Assembly (NCBI GenBank): GCA_034780895.1
Contig: JAUZTB010000066.1
Coordinates: 22,940,963-23,004,962 of the forward strand
Direction: 5' to 3'
Length of the DNA: 64,000 nt
Source of the DNA: Rhynchobatus australiae
Taxonomy: Eukaryota
In this document: in pieces, positions 37,910-50,865 of the stretch
How the letters are laid out: every line of letters starts with the position of its first letter
How positions within the stretch are numbered: the first letter of the stretch is position 1
Translations under genes and position numbers: made by a program
The notes under the pieces: model-generated
The model's input: the letters and a program-made list of their open reading frames with translations, nothing else
Database searches by the model: none
Told to the model about the DNA's origin: nothing

Positions 37910-40339
37910 NNNNNNNNNNNNNNNNNNNNNNNNNNNNNNNNNNNNNNNNNNNNNNNNNNNNNNNNNNNNNNNNNNNNNNNNNNNNNNNNNNNNNNNNNNN
38001 NNNNNNNNNNNNNNNNNNNNNNNNNNNNNNNNNNNNNNNNNNNNNNNNNNNNNNNNNNNNNNNNNNNNNNNNNNNNNNNNNNNNNNNNNNNNNNNNNNNN
38101 NNNNNNNNNNNNNNNNNNNNNNNNNNNNNNNNNNNNNNNNNNNNNNNNNNNNNNNNNNNNNNNNNNNNNNNNNNNNNNNNNNNNNNNNNNNNNNNNNNNN
38201 NNNNNNNNNNNNNNNNNNNNNNNNNNNNNNNNNNNNNNNNNNNNNNNNNNNNNNNNNNNNNNNNNNNNNNNNNNNNNNNNNNNNNNNNNNNNNNNNNNNN
38301 NNNNNNNNNNNNNNNNNNNNNNNNNNNNNNNNNNNNNNNNNNNNNNNNNNNNNNNNNNNNNNNNNNNNNNNNNNNNNNNNNNNNNNNNNNNNNNNNNNNN
38401 NNNNNNNNNNNNNNNNNNNNNNNNNNNNNNNNNNNNNNNNNNNNNNNNNNNNNNNNNNNNNNNNNNNNNNNNNNNNNNNNNNNNNNNNNNNNNNNNNNNN
38501 NNNNNNNNNNNNNNNNNNNNNNNNNNNNNNNNNNNNNNNNNNNNNNNNNNNNNNNNNNNNNNNTACACATCAGGAGCAGACAGAAGCCCAACATAAAGGG
38601 CAATAGGAACACATCACCTCACAAACTATGCACCTGCCTGCCCCATCAGTGGAAGAGACCATGGTTCTCACCTTGGCCTCATCAGTCATCCAGAACCTGT
38701 ACAATTCGGGTGGCTATAAGTCTTCATACTAAGAGACTGTCTATGAAGAAGCGGAACTGTCAGGCTATTTTCCTGTTATGCCTCGATTTGTAAAGCCCCA
38801 AATTCCATTAATTGTTTTGATAAAACTGATTTGTGTGTGGCCCTTTGTCAGGCAGTGTGATTATGAGAACACGGCATTTGGTTGTGGAGGAAGAGAGAGC
38901 ACCATGAGGATGCAACACAAATGCACTCCATTGCTGCACAAATAAGGCACTTCATGGTTCACAATCAGTAATGATGGCTTGGGAGGACATGGTGTGGAAC
39001 AAACTTTCACATATGTGTCGGCCTTCAAAGATGGTTTGACTATAGTAAAGCTGAATATTGGCACAGAAAGGTGAAGGTCCAGAAGTCTGTCTGTTGTAGG
39101 CGAGCACAGAACCAATATTTGTAGAAATCAGAGTTGAGAGGTTGCCAGTGCCCCACTGAAGTACTTACTTGATACGAAATCTGGTTTGCAGCCACATCCT
39201 GGAGGGCAGTATTTAAACACCGGAGGTATTTAACACCACAGCGGAACAGACTTTTCATTCTTTAACTTCCTGTTATGAAATGGAGCACCTCAACCATGTG
39301 GTCAACTGAAGATTTAATGTTGGNNNNNNNNNNNNNNNNNNNNNNNNNNNNNNNNNNNNNNNNNNNNNNNNNNNNNNNNNNNNNNNNNNNNNNNNNNNNN
39401 NNNNNNNCAGACCAGTTTATTTTTCTACCTGGACTTAAACTCCCCCAAGATATTTTGGTCCAAGTCTGTGCACGTTGCACTTTGCATTCCAACTGGAAAG
39501 GCCAAAGGAGCTTTTCCATGCTTTGAAACATCTGTTCAACCCTGTTTTGCTTTGTTAACCATGCAGTTGCAAGGCATTCTTACCCACTGTTGCTTGGAAA
39601 GTGTCCAAGCTATTGTGTAGTGACTTTCGCAATATCTTCTCCCCTCTTCGGCTACTTTCTTGACCAACAAAAGGAAATACTTGTGGAGGTGAAGTTTACT
39701 CCACAAATAACATCACCACATTTGTGTTAATGAACATGTCTGGAGTTATCTCGTGATCCAGAAGCAGTGGGTGCTCATGCCTTCTGCAGGTATAGCCAGC
39801 AAGGACAGGCCAGGTTTAAAATGTCAGCTCTCCAACCAAGGAGAGGTTTCATATGAATTATCTCATCTGAGTTGTTCTGCCTCTAAATGGGATAAAATAA
39901 TGAATAGCAGCTTCAAATAGGAAATGGGCTGATGATGAGCAGTACTGATGAGTACATTAGACAGGCGACCACCAAAGGCAGTGTAGTATCTTTATAGATG
40001 TACCAACTAAGATATTTCTATTTGCAGAGGCCTCTAAAGTATTTCTAAGCAATTCTCGTAGATGAACACGACACAAGGAATAAGACTAATGAGCAAAGAA
40101 AATGACTTACAAAACACTGATGTCTTTCTTTTTCTGCAGATGTATGCTTGATTCTAGGCATTCTTTGACAGCGCTAAGTACTTTTTGGTCAGGCATATCA
40201 TGACTCACGCAAAATACTGCTCCATCCAATTGATTCTAAATAGTATTCCCAAGATTCTTCAATATTCGAGTCAAAAAGAACATTTCCTTTCAGAGCACTC
40301 ATAGGTACACTGGATACAATGGAGCTCCTTGTTACTGAG

Positions 40340-40700
40340 TTGTTTGCACTCTTGCCACTGAATTCATAGGTCATGAGTGTAGTTCCCACTCCAAAGACTG
40401 AACATGCTCTGGTGCAGTACAGAGGGGTTGCTGCATTGTCAAAGGTGCCTTTGTTTTGGTGGGATATTAATCCAAGATCCCATCTGTTCTTTCAGTTGAA
40501 CTTAAATGATCACAAATGGGAGAGTTCTCCCTGGCATCTTGGCCCATATTTGTCGCTCAATGAACATCACTGAAAATAGAATACAAGGTTTGTGGGAGGT
40601 TACTGTGCATAAGTTGAATACTCAGTCTCCAACATTACAACACTTCAAAAGTAAAGGGGCTTTGAGACAATCTGAAATCAGGAAAACGCTGTAAATACAG
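40340..40700 (+). mobile_element. DeuSINE-superfamily SINE remnant (SacSINE1-like)
   Basis: GTGCAGTACAGAGGGGTTGCTGCATTGTCAAAGGTGCC...GAGAGTTCTCCCTGGCATCTTGGCCCATATTT resembles the recalled Deu-domain; L2-like tail ending GCTGTAAATACAGGTCT. Confidence 0.7.
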
Positions 40701-41329
40701 GTCTGTCATATGGTCTCTTCGGTGAATTTGTTTGTCACTTTGTGCTCAGTTTTTTACTGAAGACTATGAGACCTAGAAAGTTAGATTGAGAATATCTAAA
40801 CCAACTCTTGTGACATTAATGGAAGGTGACTTTAAGACCATTTAGTATGGGTTGGATATGAACCTTATACAGCATTATACCGTTTCACTTTCAGAACAAT
40901 ACTAAAATGTTCTCTCAAAATAACAGTGAAGAAATCCAAATAAAGTTGTATGCTTGGTTCACTAATGTTAGCCAGTCACCACGAGTATTTGTACACTTTG
41001 GTTATAGAGAGTGAGTCAAGTGACTGTCTGTTGACTGCATTGGTTAATGTTTATTTTTGGAGTTAACTGTGCTGGTTTATGTTGGCCAAGGCTTTGGTTG
41101 AACCTTTGTGGATTGAAGAATGTGAGATATTTGTACTTTTAGTATGAAAGGCTTGTGAAGGAAAGCATGTTAACCATGTTTATGTTGACAGACTGGCTCA
41201 TAAATACTGTGGTTGGATCGTAAAAATATTGCATATTGATAGGAGCTGGCACCATCAATCTCTTCGCATTCCAGCTTGACTGAATGCTGAATTGAGGAAT
41301 ACCATGTGGGAGGTTTTCCTCACTCGTTA

Positions 41330-42222
41330 ATGTTATTTGCCAATTTCATGCCTTCTCTTCCGCCTCCAAACATTTTAATTCCTCATGGTTTATGAAGTGG
41401 AAACATCCTCTGTTATCCCAATAGCCATGATTTACATGAGTATGAAAGACCACTTTAATGTTCGCTCTGTAAGTTCCTGGTTCACTCTTTCACCTCTACC
41501 GATCACTCCCCATCTCACAGAACTTTCCATGCAACTGATGGTGATGCAACATTTGTGCTTTTGTCCCTTTCTCATCATGCAGGGCCCTAAACATCCTTTC
41601 CTGGTGAAGCAGCAATTCACTTACACTTTTCTTCAATTTAGTATGTTGCATTCAGTGTGTACGATANNNNNNNNNNNNNNNNNNNNNNNNNNNNNNNNNN
41701 NNNNNNNNNNNNNNNNNNNNNNNNNNNNNNNNNNNNNNNNNNNNNNNNNNNNNNNNNNNNNNNNNNNNNNNNNNNNNNNNNNNNNNNNNNNNNNNNNCTT
41801 GATCTATCTTCCAAGCAATCCTACACTGCTCCAGTAACGTCCAATGTAAGCCCAAGGAACACTTCATGTTTCATCTGAATACATTACAGTCTTCAAATCT
41901 AACAATTCCAGGAAATTTGTGGCTTGACTTCTATATTTCAATTTGTTTCCTCATTTCTCTTCTGCCTGTAGTTTCCTATTTTTAAAGAAATTGTTACCTT
42001 GATAACTCTACACCTATTAAAGACATTGCCTCACAATTGTCACTCCACCCATCTGCTTTCTGCAACTTTAAACGTGGTTCTTTTCTCACTTTTCCAGTTT
42101 TGACAAAGAACCATTGATTGAAACATTAACTCTGCCTCTCTCTCTGTTGATGCTGCTTGACCCACCAAGTGCTTCCAACATTTACTGTTTCAGGTTTCCA
42201 ACATCTGCTGTATTTTTGCTTC
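41330..42222 (+). mobile_element. Penelope-like element 3' part (GIY-YIG region plus terminal repeat), decayed, with gap
   Basis: MQGPKHPFLVKQQFTxT followed by frameshifted NLVxCIQC, then EHFMFHLNTLQ (approx. EQHLIFRLGTLQP), then terminal TGAAACATTAACTCTG..GATGCTGCTTGACC..TTCCAACATTT. Confidence 0.7.
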
Positions 42223-45200
42223 ATTAAGCATTACTGGCACTGCTGCTGTCAGGAACTTCACTTGAGCCTCTGCTCTCCCCACTGCTGTGAGCTGTTTGCT
42301 GGGAACCTGGTTGTGGTTCCCTGGTCGGCCCATGCAAGCAGCCTCTGTGCATTGCCTCGATGGCTCACTGCACACCAAACCTTGCGGTGATGAGATTGCC
42401 ATTCCCTTGATGTGGGAGTATCAGCAGAGGGCGTAGGTTCACTCCAGGTTCCTGGTACAGCAGCATAAAGCCTGAGCAGATGTCTTCTTTTAAAGTTCAG
42501 GGGCGTATGTACCTGACTCCAGGACCAAGCTCGCTATAACGAATCAGTGCTCTGCAGGGTAGCACTGAAGAGGGGTACCAATGTAATCCATTACTGTTTG
42601 AGGTGCAGAGACTTTGACCCTTTCCCTTATCATTCCACACTGCATTTTTTTCATAAATGGAGGGATTTGCAAGAATTACCTGGAAAGTGGACCTCTCAGT
42701 GACCAACTTTACATTTAAACTATGCTTAAGAAGTGTTTTACACATGTTTTGAAGTATTTGTACCCTTTTCCAGCAGAAGTCCCATGCAATGTGGAACTGG
42801 ACTGGGCATTTCCTTTCACAGTTCATCATAGTGCTGGTGTCACTTACCCACTGTATTTCTTGCAGGTCCTAAGCCTATCAAGTGCACAGCACCATTGACT
42901 ACTTATTGACTGAAATTGGATCAAAGTTCAACAAGGAATACATCACATTGAAAGTGAATCGTGTGGTTTAGCGAGTTTCTGCTGGGACATTGTTTTCATA
43001 TCTTAAATCCTGCCCCTGCCACCACCAGTCATTTCAATGGATTATAAATCTCTTTGTCAGGAGTCATGAGCACTGATAATTTTGGTCCACAGTTGCCTAG
43101 AGCTACATCCCAATGCTGCCCCTGTCCACAGTGCTTGGGACAGCCAATAACAGTGAAGTTTACCCTCTCCATGGGTCAGATGTGGCTGCCAAGGAGGAAT
43201 TTCTTCAACCATGTCTCCCAGAAGGCAGCAGGGCAGATTGTTGCATCTGCCATCTATTACCATGCAAGTCAACATTCAATGCTTCTTAAAGGGTGAAAAT
43301 CACANNNNNNNNNNNNNNNNNNNNNNNNNNNNNNNNNNNNNNNNNNNNNNNNNNNNNNNNNNNNNNNNNNNNNNNNNNNNNNNNNNNNNNNNNNNNNNNN
43401 NNNNTTAAAGGGTGAAAATCACAATAAGATTCCTTAAAACAAGGATGCCCAAATTTCTTGATTTCTTTTTGGTGACCCCTCCCCCCACCCCACCCCCAGT
43501 TTAGAGTTATGGCAAACCCAGAGCCCAGTTAGCACCCCAAAAATCTAATTTCTAGATAAATGTACATCCATGCACTCTAATCCCTCATTCCTCTGCCAAA
43601 GGAAGGGATTGTCCTTCATGTCTGGTCGCTACCCCTAAAGAGGAATAGACACTGCCTCCTACTGGAGAAAAGCAGCATTTCTCTGATGGAAGAAAATAGG
43701 TTATCCCGCACTGCAGCAACTCTGCCACTTATTGGTTCATATTATTGCTTTCCCTGTAGCCCAAGCTGTTTAGACAGCTGCAAACGTTGATTTGCTCTGC
43801 TGTGTAATGTGCCATTAACCAACCAAAGGGGCACTTTATTGAGAATGAAAGTAAAGGCCTTCTTAACATAAGGCTAATTTGCATATTATGCCTTCAGAGT
43901 CAGAAAGCTGACAAATTGATTCTTTGGGGATATTAAATGTGCATTATATTTATTCAAATGAACCCTTTTGGGATACTAAATACGCATTACATGTCATTTT
44001 CTAACCCTTGAGGCCTAATTAAGTTGAGCATACGATGCATTACTTCATAATTTTAGAATAACTGGTTTTAAAAGTTTGTCACTCTAGCTTAGGGGTAACA
44101 CAAATGGCAAATAAGATAGCTTTAGTGTTGTATTTAACAGGTCTGTCACTATCAATTGCTTCTGTAGTTGCATTTCATCAGTAGAGAAAATGCACTTGTG
44201 ATAAGAACTTAATATATGTCGTCAGAATATTACCAATGATTGCCAATTGCAGATCTGGCACCACTCAGTACTGACATTGCCCATACATAATACAAGCTGA
44301 AGAAAATTCAGCTGATTCTTTTTCTTTTATCTCTGGAGGAACACATTCTCTGGTCATGAAAGTTTCAAGAATTTTCCCCAGGTTCTCCAACTTCCAGTTC
44401 CTAGTCCATGTTTTTGAACAAGAAATTCATGCAGGAAGTTCTGGGAATACAAAAGTAACTTTCAAGCTGCAGCCTACTTCATTGAATCAGTGACTGGAGA
44501 ATTAATCCTAAAATTAGCAAAATGATCTGCAGAGCAAATATCAGAACACAACCCATGTGTGACCATTTGTTGGAGATTTGGTCAACTTTTGCAAAGCAAA
44601 GAGCATTAAAGTGTAATAAGAAAAATTGCAATTCAAAGAGAGAACACCCAAGGCAATTTTACTAACTGTGGGATTGTTCTGCCTGGTAACAATGTCAGCT
44701 ATTAAGAAATTCCTTCAATGGGAATACAGAGCTCAGAGCAGCTCCTGAGGTTTCCTACAACTTGGAGTTTATGTGAATACATTCCTCATGTGGAAGGTTG
44801 GCATGAGTGGTGGCACCCCCAAACTTTCTCCTCATGCATATTTTGGAACGACAATTTTCAGGAAGTTGTGAAATGTGTCACCAAATTTCACAGGTCTACT
44901 GATAGACATAACTTCATTACTTTTCAGTTTTTCCATTGTCTGTTGATATTTTACAATGTTTTTTTAAAATCTCTTCCCCCATTATTAAGGGCATTAACCC
45001 TCTTCTGGGTATGATTGCACAGATTATAAATTTAGACTTGGAGATCAAGGCCTGTATGGTTTAACTACTCCCTGCCTGAGAGCCATTGAACCGTTAGGTG
45101 AAGTGCCACTTAGTATTAAACAATATTCCTGCTGAAGTAATGAATATTCATCCCGATACTGTCTTAAATTTAGCACAGACCAAAAATTTGCAATGTTGAT

Positions 45201-46164
45201 TTAAACATTGCTAGTATGCATGTAGTTTGCCAGATCACTCAGTCAGATAATCTGCAGAGGAAATAAGAAAGAAAAATCTGGAATAATGTACAAGTAAAAT
45301 AAACTTGTAAAATAAAGGTTAGATCAAAGACTGTTCTTTGTTGCTGTTTTGTTTCAGGACTATATGCTTGCAAATTTCACTGGCTGATCCTATGACAAGG
45401 ATTGGCCAGTGATATTTACAACCAGGCAAGTTAGTGGTGTCTGCTTGACACATTCCAACCAGCAAAGTCTGTGAGCGTCTAATTTTGTCAGCATGGACTG
45501 CTGGCCATTGGTCTTGAGGACTTGGCTGCTGATGTCATGTTAGTCCCAAGTAACAAGGATTTTTCTGTGATCGTGAAGGTGGAAGTTGTTCAGCCACTGC
45601 ACTGGCTTTGAGCATGTGACCCAACTTTCATGTCCATCATGTGTGAAAGGCCCAAGCTTGAATAGGTGGTTAGCTTGTTGCTCCAGACATGTGCAGTTAA
45701 CTTTCCAAAGGTAAGAGGGGCTTTTCTGATGTGCTTGTCATTGTCCAGGTTTACTGTGTTGACAGCATTTTGATGTAGGTGTTCAGAGAAGGATGAGCAT
45801 GTTGCTAGAGGACACCCTTCTTTTTAGCTTCATGTCCTTCAGCTCAGCAAATCAGAGGTTGATTGCTCTTTTCAACCCTAGGAACACTGTGACCAATGAG
45901 GGAGAAGCAGAGGAGAGAGAATGCATTTTTGTTACACTTTCCCTGAGAACAAAGACTTGTTTCATAGATTCGACCAATCATTTTAATTTTCTTTAGTTTT
46001 TTTTTACATTTTGATCACTACATGGCTTTCAAATACCATAAACATGGGTTGCAAACCAAAATAGGTCATACCTGCATGTGCATACATTCATTTGTCAGAT
46101 TTCTATTATGAAGAGTTAATTGAAAAGATGCATCTTATTTTTGTTCTTTCTGTTCTCTCTACAG

Positions 46165-46885
46165 TTACTGACTTCAGTGTCAGTGCACTAACAACAAATG
46201 ACACCCGAGAAGCAAGAGGACCGAATGTCCCCAAGATATCAGGGTTAGAACGAAGTCAGGAGAAAAGCCAGGAAGGTTCCAAAGACCAGCTGCTCGTGCT
46301 TGCCGTGGCTAAGGAGCCTGCTCCCCAGGNNNNNNNNNNNNNNNNNNNNNNNNNNNNNNNNNNNNNNNNNNNNNNNNNNNNNNNNNNNNNNNNNNNNNNN
46401 NNNNNNNNNCAAATAAAACTCTGCTCTCCACTTCCTGTGCAGAACCAGCTGATACAGATTCCACCCCATTCACAGCCAAAGGCTCCACCACCATCCCAGG
46501 CTCAAGCCCAAACCCAATCACAACCCCTCCCTCCGTCCCAGCCCCTCCTTCCGTCCCAGCCCCTCCTTCCGTCCCAGCCCCTCCTTCCATCCCAGCCCCT
46601 CCTTCCGTCCCAGCCTCTCCTTCCATCCCAATCTGTACCTGTCCCTCAAACCCAGCCCCAGGCTCAACCCCAACCCCAACCCCAATCCATATCTCAGCCC
46701 CCAAGTCAAGTCCAGGCTCAAACACCCCAGCACCAGCCTCAAACTCCCCAGCATCAGCCTCACCCTCAGCCACCATCTCCCGCTCAGCCAGTTCTTCAAA
46801 CTCAGCTTCCATCTCGGCCAACATCTCGTAGCCTCCCACAATCTCTCTCTGTCTACAGCAGCAGTCTGAGCCTGAATAGCATAAG
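46165..46885 (+). CDS. AUTS2: AUTS2 coding exon (human exon 7 equivalent), Pro/Gln-rich; contains an 80-N gap at 46330-46409
   Basis: Acceptor ttctttctgttctctctacag|TT (phase 1), donor ATAAG|gtaaga (phase 2). Translation (V)TDFSVSALTTNDTREARGPNVPKISGLERSQEKSQE...LSVYSSSLSLNSI(S) matches the recalled AUTS2 motifs VPKISGLERSQEKSQ and SSSLSLNS. Confidence 0.95.
46518..46631 (+). repeat. Coding minisatellite, 18-bp unit x about 6.3 (SQPLPP + 5x SQPLLP + SQ)
   Basis: Near-identical units TCCCAGCCCCTCCTTCC(G/A) read directly in the exon. Confidence 0.95.
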
Positions 46886-48729
46886 GTAAGAACTTGAAAT
46901 TGTTTTTAACACTTTGTATGTGCTCTGAAGATACTGAAATTCCCCTGAAAAGCTGTGACAACCAAATGTACTGACTTCCAACTTCAACTCACCTCATACT
47001 CAGTTTAGTTGAAATGAATGAATGAATTCAGCAGTATGTGCTGTGTGAATATTCCAGTGTGAGGTAATCACATTTGATATGATCGTACATGTTGCACAAG
47101 TGAGGAAAATGTTACTTCAAATATAAATTTTGTACCATATAAAAATATTGACATGAACCGTGATGAAAACAGAAAGCTGTCTTAAAAACAGGCAGCGGTA
47201 ACCAGGACTAGTGCATATTGGATACAAACACATAATTTGTAGTACTCGATGAATACTTCCCCAGTCTTCTCAAATGAGACAATGCTGTCATTATATTAAG
47301 GAGAAGTGTGAAATATTGGAAGGAATATAAATAGAGAAGAAATATTTGAAAGGTGCTTTTGAAAATAAATAAACCATCAGTCTTGCATGAAACACACCCC
47401 AGATTGTTTAAAAAGTAAGGAAGGAAATATCAGAGGCTCTGACCATCATCTTTCAGTCCTGTCCGGTTGGAAGCAGGGTACTGAGCGGAAATACTCAGCA
47501 AATCAGGCAGCATCTGTGGAGGGAGAAACAGAGATATTGTTTCTGGATGGCGACCTTTCACCAGAACCTTTCATCAGCACATCTGTTCAACAGAACGGGT
47601 TTTTATTTGACTTGTGAAGCTCTGTGAGACCCCAGGCTGGGTCCCTTACTTTGACAAATAATTTATTCTTAAATGTAATGGATTTATCCTTAAATTCATG
47701 GGTGATAGACAATTTGGCCAGAGTAGAAGTTTGTTCAACCAATTCCTCCGCAAAAATGGTGCTGTGCTTTTGAAAATCAAGTTAACCCGAAGTCTAGCAA
47801 TTTTGCCACATTTCGGTGTGCCTGTCATTCATCAACTTATTGTCTGCTGGGATTTTCATTCTCCCAAGCACTTCATTTTCCAGTGTAAAACTGCAGAGAA
47901 ACATGCAAAATTCATCTGCAGTCTCACTGGTCTGAAAAATAACTTCTCTTATTTACTCAGAGATTAGCCAAGTTTTACAGGCCCCATTTCCCTGAACCTG
48001 CTATTTAAAGAGGCAGCCCTCAAAATTGTAATTTTTTTGTAAACCAAGATCCCTATCTTTTTTGACCTCAAATACAACTTCACACATGTGCCTTGACTGT
48101 TTTGCCTAAGGAGATGAAGACAACAGTGGTGATCATCTTCCAAACCTCAGGTTCATTCCAGGTTTCTGCTGCTTGTTTCTACCACAACTCACTGCCACAT
48201 TGGGAAAGTCATCCATACTTCATCTATTTTTCCTTCAGCCTATGGGTGCAGATGCAGTGACACAGACACTTACCTGCTACACAGGCTTCCCCAAAGTGCA
48301 GGCACTCAGATACAGCGTTCATGTCCTTACTGACTTCTTCCTGGCAACTTCCTGCCTGGAATGTTCCTGTGGCCTTAGTCAAAAAGAACATGACTTTGTA
48401 CACTTTTTTACCAGCCTGTCCAAATCTCCGTGAATCCCTTCCCTCAATACAGCATCTGTTCATTAAATGGCATCACTTCCATTTGCTGGAAGAGTGTTGC
48501 TTGAACAGCAAAGATGCTGGAGGGATGCAGCGGGTCAGGCAGCATCCGTGGAAGGGAATGGATTGTCGATGTTTTGGGTCAAGACCCCACTGGGTTCCTC
48601 CAGAATCTTGTGTGTTGCTCCATGTTCCAGAATCTGCAGTCTCTTGTGTCTCCAAGTGCTGCTTGGATTTAAGAGCTGGCTTCAGAGATCATAGCTGCTC
48701 TGCTGCGTGCTGAGAGCTGTGAGAACTTG

Positions 48730-49490
48730 CAACACATCAGAAGGGAGGGTCATTGTAGAAAGCAACAAATCCAGTGTCAATGCAGCACTACATGGGGAAA
48801 CCTGGCAATGCTGTTCTGTGAACTTCATAATTGGCTTTCTTGCTCTATGCAACTCAAAGACAGCATTAGAATGATACTACACTGCTTAATGCCTCTTAAT
48901 TTTCTAGTCTGGTGCCAACCCAACATTACCACTACTGTTTGGGGTCTATCTACATCTCCCACTATTGTTTTCTTCCCCTTAGTATTACTTTGCTCTACCC
49001 AAAGTGACTCCATGTCACCCAAGCTCATATCCTTCCTCACGACTGAATTACTCTCTTTAACCAACAACACTATCCAACTTCCCTTTCCTGTAGTCTGACA
49101 TTCCTAAATATTGGATACCCCTGGATATTCGGTTCTCATTCTTGGTTCCCCTGTAGTCATGTCCATGTAATCTCAACTATGTCATACCCATTTGCATCAA
49201 TTTGCATGATTAATTTATTTGCATTATTGCAAATGCTGTCCGCGTTATGACACACAGTATTTACACTTGACTTTTAACATTATTTTGCACCGCGGCCTTC
49301 TTTGTTTTTGCCCTTGTTTTCTCCATCTTCCATTTATTGCCTTCCTGTCCTTTGTTTCTATCCTCCTTTCCATTTATTCTGTCTCCCTGTACGCGATCCC
49401 ATTCCCCTGCCATCTTTGCTCAAACTGTCACCAATAGCACAAGCAAACATTCCCCTTAGCACATTGGTCCTGGTCCTCCCTGTTCGACGA
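48730..49490 (-). mobile_element. CR1 LINE ORF2 AP-endonuclease region, decayed
   Basis: Minus strand reads NGYDIVxITxTWLQG...NIQGY and LLVKE...ESLWVExxNxKGKKTIVGxVxRP (ORF 48825-49070). Confidence 0.8.
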
Positions 49491-49559
49491 TCTCTGATGC
49501 CAGTAGGAAAGACGGGAAAGATGATTAAGGAGGTATACTCTCATGTGGCCAAAAGTAGG

Positions 49560-49985
49560 GCGCTACATAGTTCTGATTATCACATTACAGGAAAGATGTA
49601 ATTGTACTTGACGTGTAGTCAGGAGACATGATGTGGCAATAGCTTGAGAATTATAGCAATGAGGAAAAATTGGTTAGACTGGCATTGTTTCCTTTGTAAA
49701 GTAGGTGGCTTGAAGAGCAACTTTATTGAGGTTTATGACAAGATGAAGGATTGTAACCCTTGGAAGTCAACAACCAGGGGTGTTGATGTAACTTAATTAG
49801 TGGATGTGTCAGAAGGGAAGTGGGGAGAACTCCTTTCACCCAAAGGGTGTTAGTCCTTGGAATATAAACAATAGCACTAGCAGAATATTTCATTGAATTT
49901 AAAGAATACTTGGATGTGGACTTTAAGTGCCATAATCTGCAAGCCTTTTCTGGCTAGAATGAGTACAGTGGGGCAAAAGGCCTCA
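49560..49985 (+). mobile_element. Old CR1 LINE 3' fragment
   Basis: RKDVIVL...EEKLxRLxLFxL...FTQRV...FKEYLD remnants. Confidence 0.6.
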
Positions 49986-50611
49986 AAAGAAATAATTTGC
50001 TCTATATGTGCCATTTTGCCACCTTAAGTATAATTCATAATTGGACTTTGCTGCTTGTTGAAACTAAGCTTAATGGGCAATACTTGAACAACTTGACTCC
50101 CCAGTTCTGTCCTCCCGAATCTCTGGAGTTTTATTTCAAGAGAGCAGCCTCCATATGTGGCCAGCTGCTTTTGGCTGGTAGTGAAAGACATCATAACCAA
50201 GCCTGATCCAAACACCCACATACTCTTCAGCAGGTCTCACTGATAGCAATCAGGAGTGGAAAATCTGGCTGAGGAGGGCAGTGTGGATATGACCTTGGCG
50301 TCCTCTTGAAACTCCATTTGGTTACCATTCTCTTCAGGCTATGTTCACAACTCCCCTTGAAATGCAACATTGTACTAATGAATTTACAGTACCTCTGATT
50401 TAAAGAATTATTTAACAACGCATGAATGTGTGTTGGGGGAGAAGAGTCTCATTCTTTACTCACGTGTGACAGGGATTAAAAAGTTGCAGGATCAAGAAAT
50501 CATAAATGCGAATACCAATATTACCTGTGCCAGTGTTGAGTGGAGATTGTCCATGGTGCTTGTTTATGGATGTGATTTGTGCTCTTTGTTTCTCTCCCTC
50601 TGTTTTCTCAG

Positions 50612-50865
50612 CAGCAGCAGAAGCAGCACTCCAGTCAAGCCTCAGGCCCCTCCAGCGCACATCTCCCACCATCCTTCTACTCCAAGCTTTTCCTTGCCTC
50701 TGGGGGCCCACAGTACTTCTCATACCTTCACACCTAGTCTGCAGCCTGCAAACCATTCACATCATCCCACCATGTTTGCCCCACACACAGCTCTGCCACC
50801 ACCTCCTCCACTGACATCAAGTGCACTTCAGGTTCCAGGACATCCTGCTGGAGCTGGGTATTCTG
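50612..50865 (+). CDS. AUTS2: AUTS2 coding exon (exon 8 equivalent), 254 nt
   Basis: Acceptor tctctccctctgttttctcag|C (phase 2, completes AG|C Ser), donor TCTG|gtgagt (phase 1). Encodes [22 protein letters not shown]...[37 protein letters not shown]. Confidence 0.96.

Noticed and set aside
37771-38793. Long ORFs of 235-318 aa (and others spanning Ns, e.g. 23751-24056, 2105-2707)
   Set aside because: Their length comes from N runs translated as X.
46092-46164. N-terminal parts of ORFs 46092, 50430 and 54042, including a signal-peptide-like MHLIFVLSVLS
   Set aside because: They are translated intron and polypyrimidine tracts upstream of the true acceptors.
46309-46961. Antisense ORFs with (GTEGGA)n and (GRKEGL)n repeats
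   Set aside because: Shadow frames of the stop-poor 18-bp coding repeat of the AUTS2 exon; no independent gene signals.
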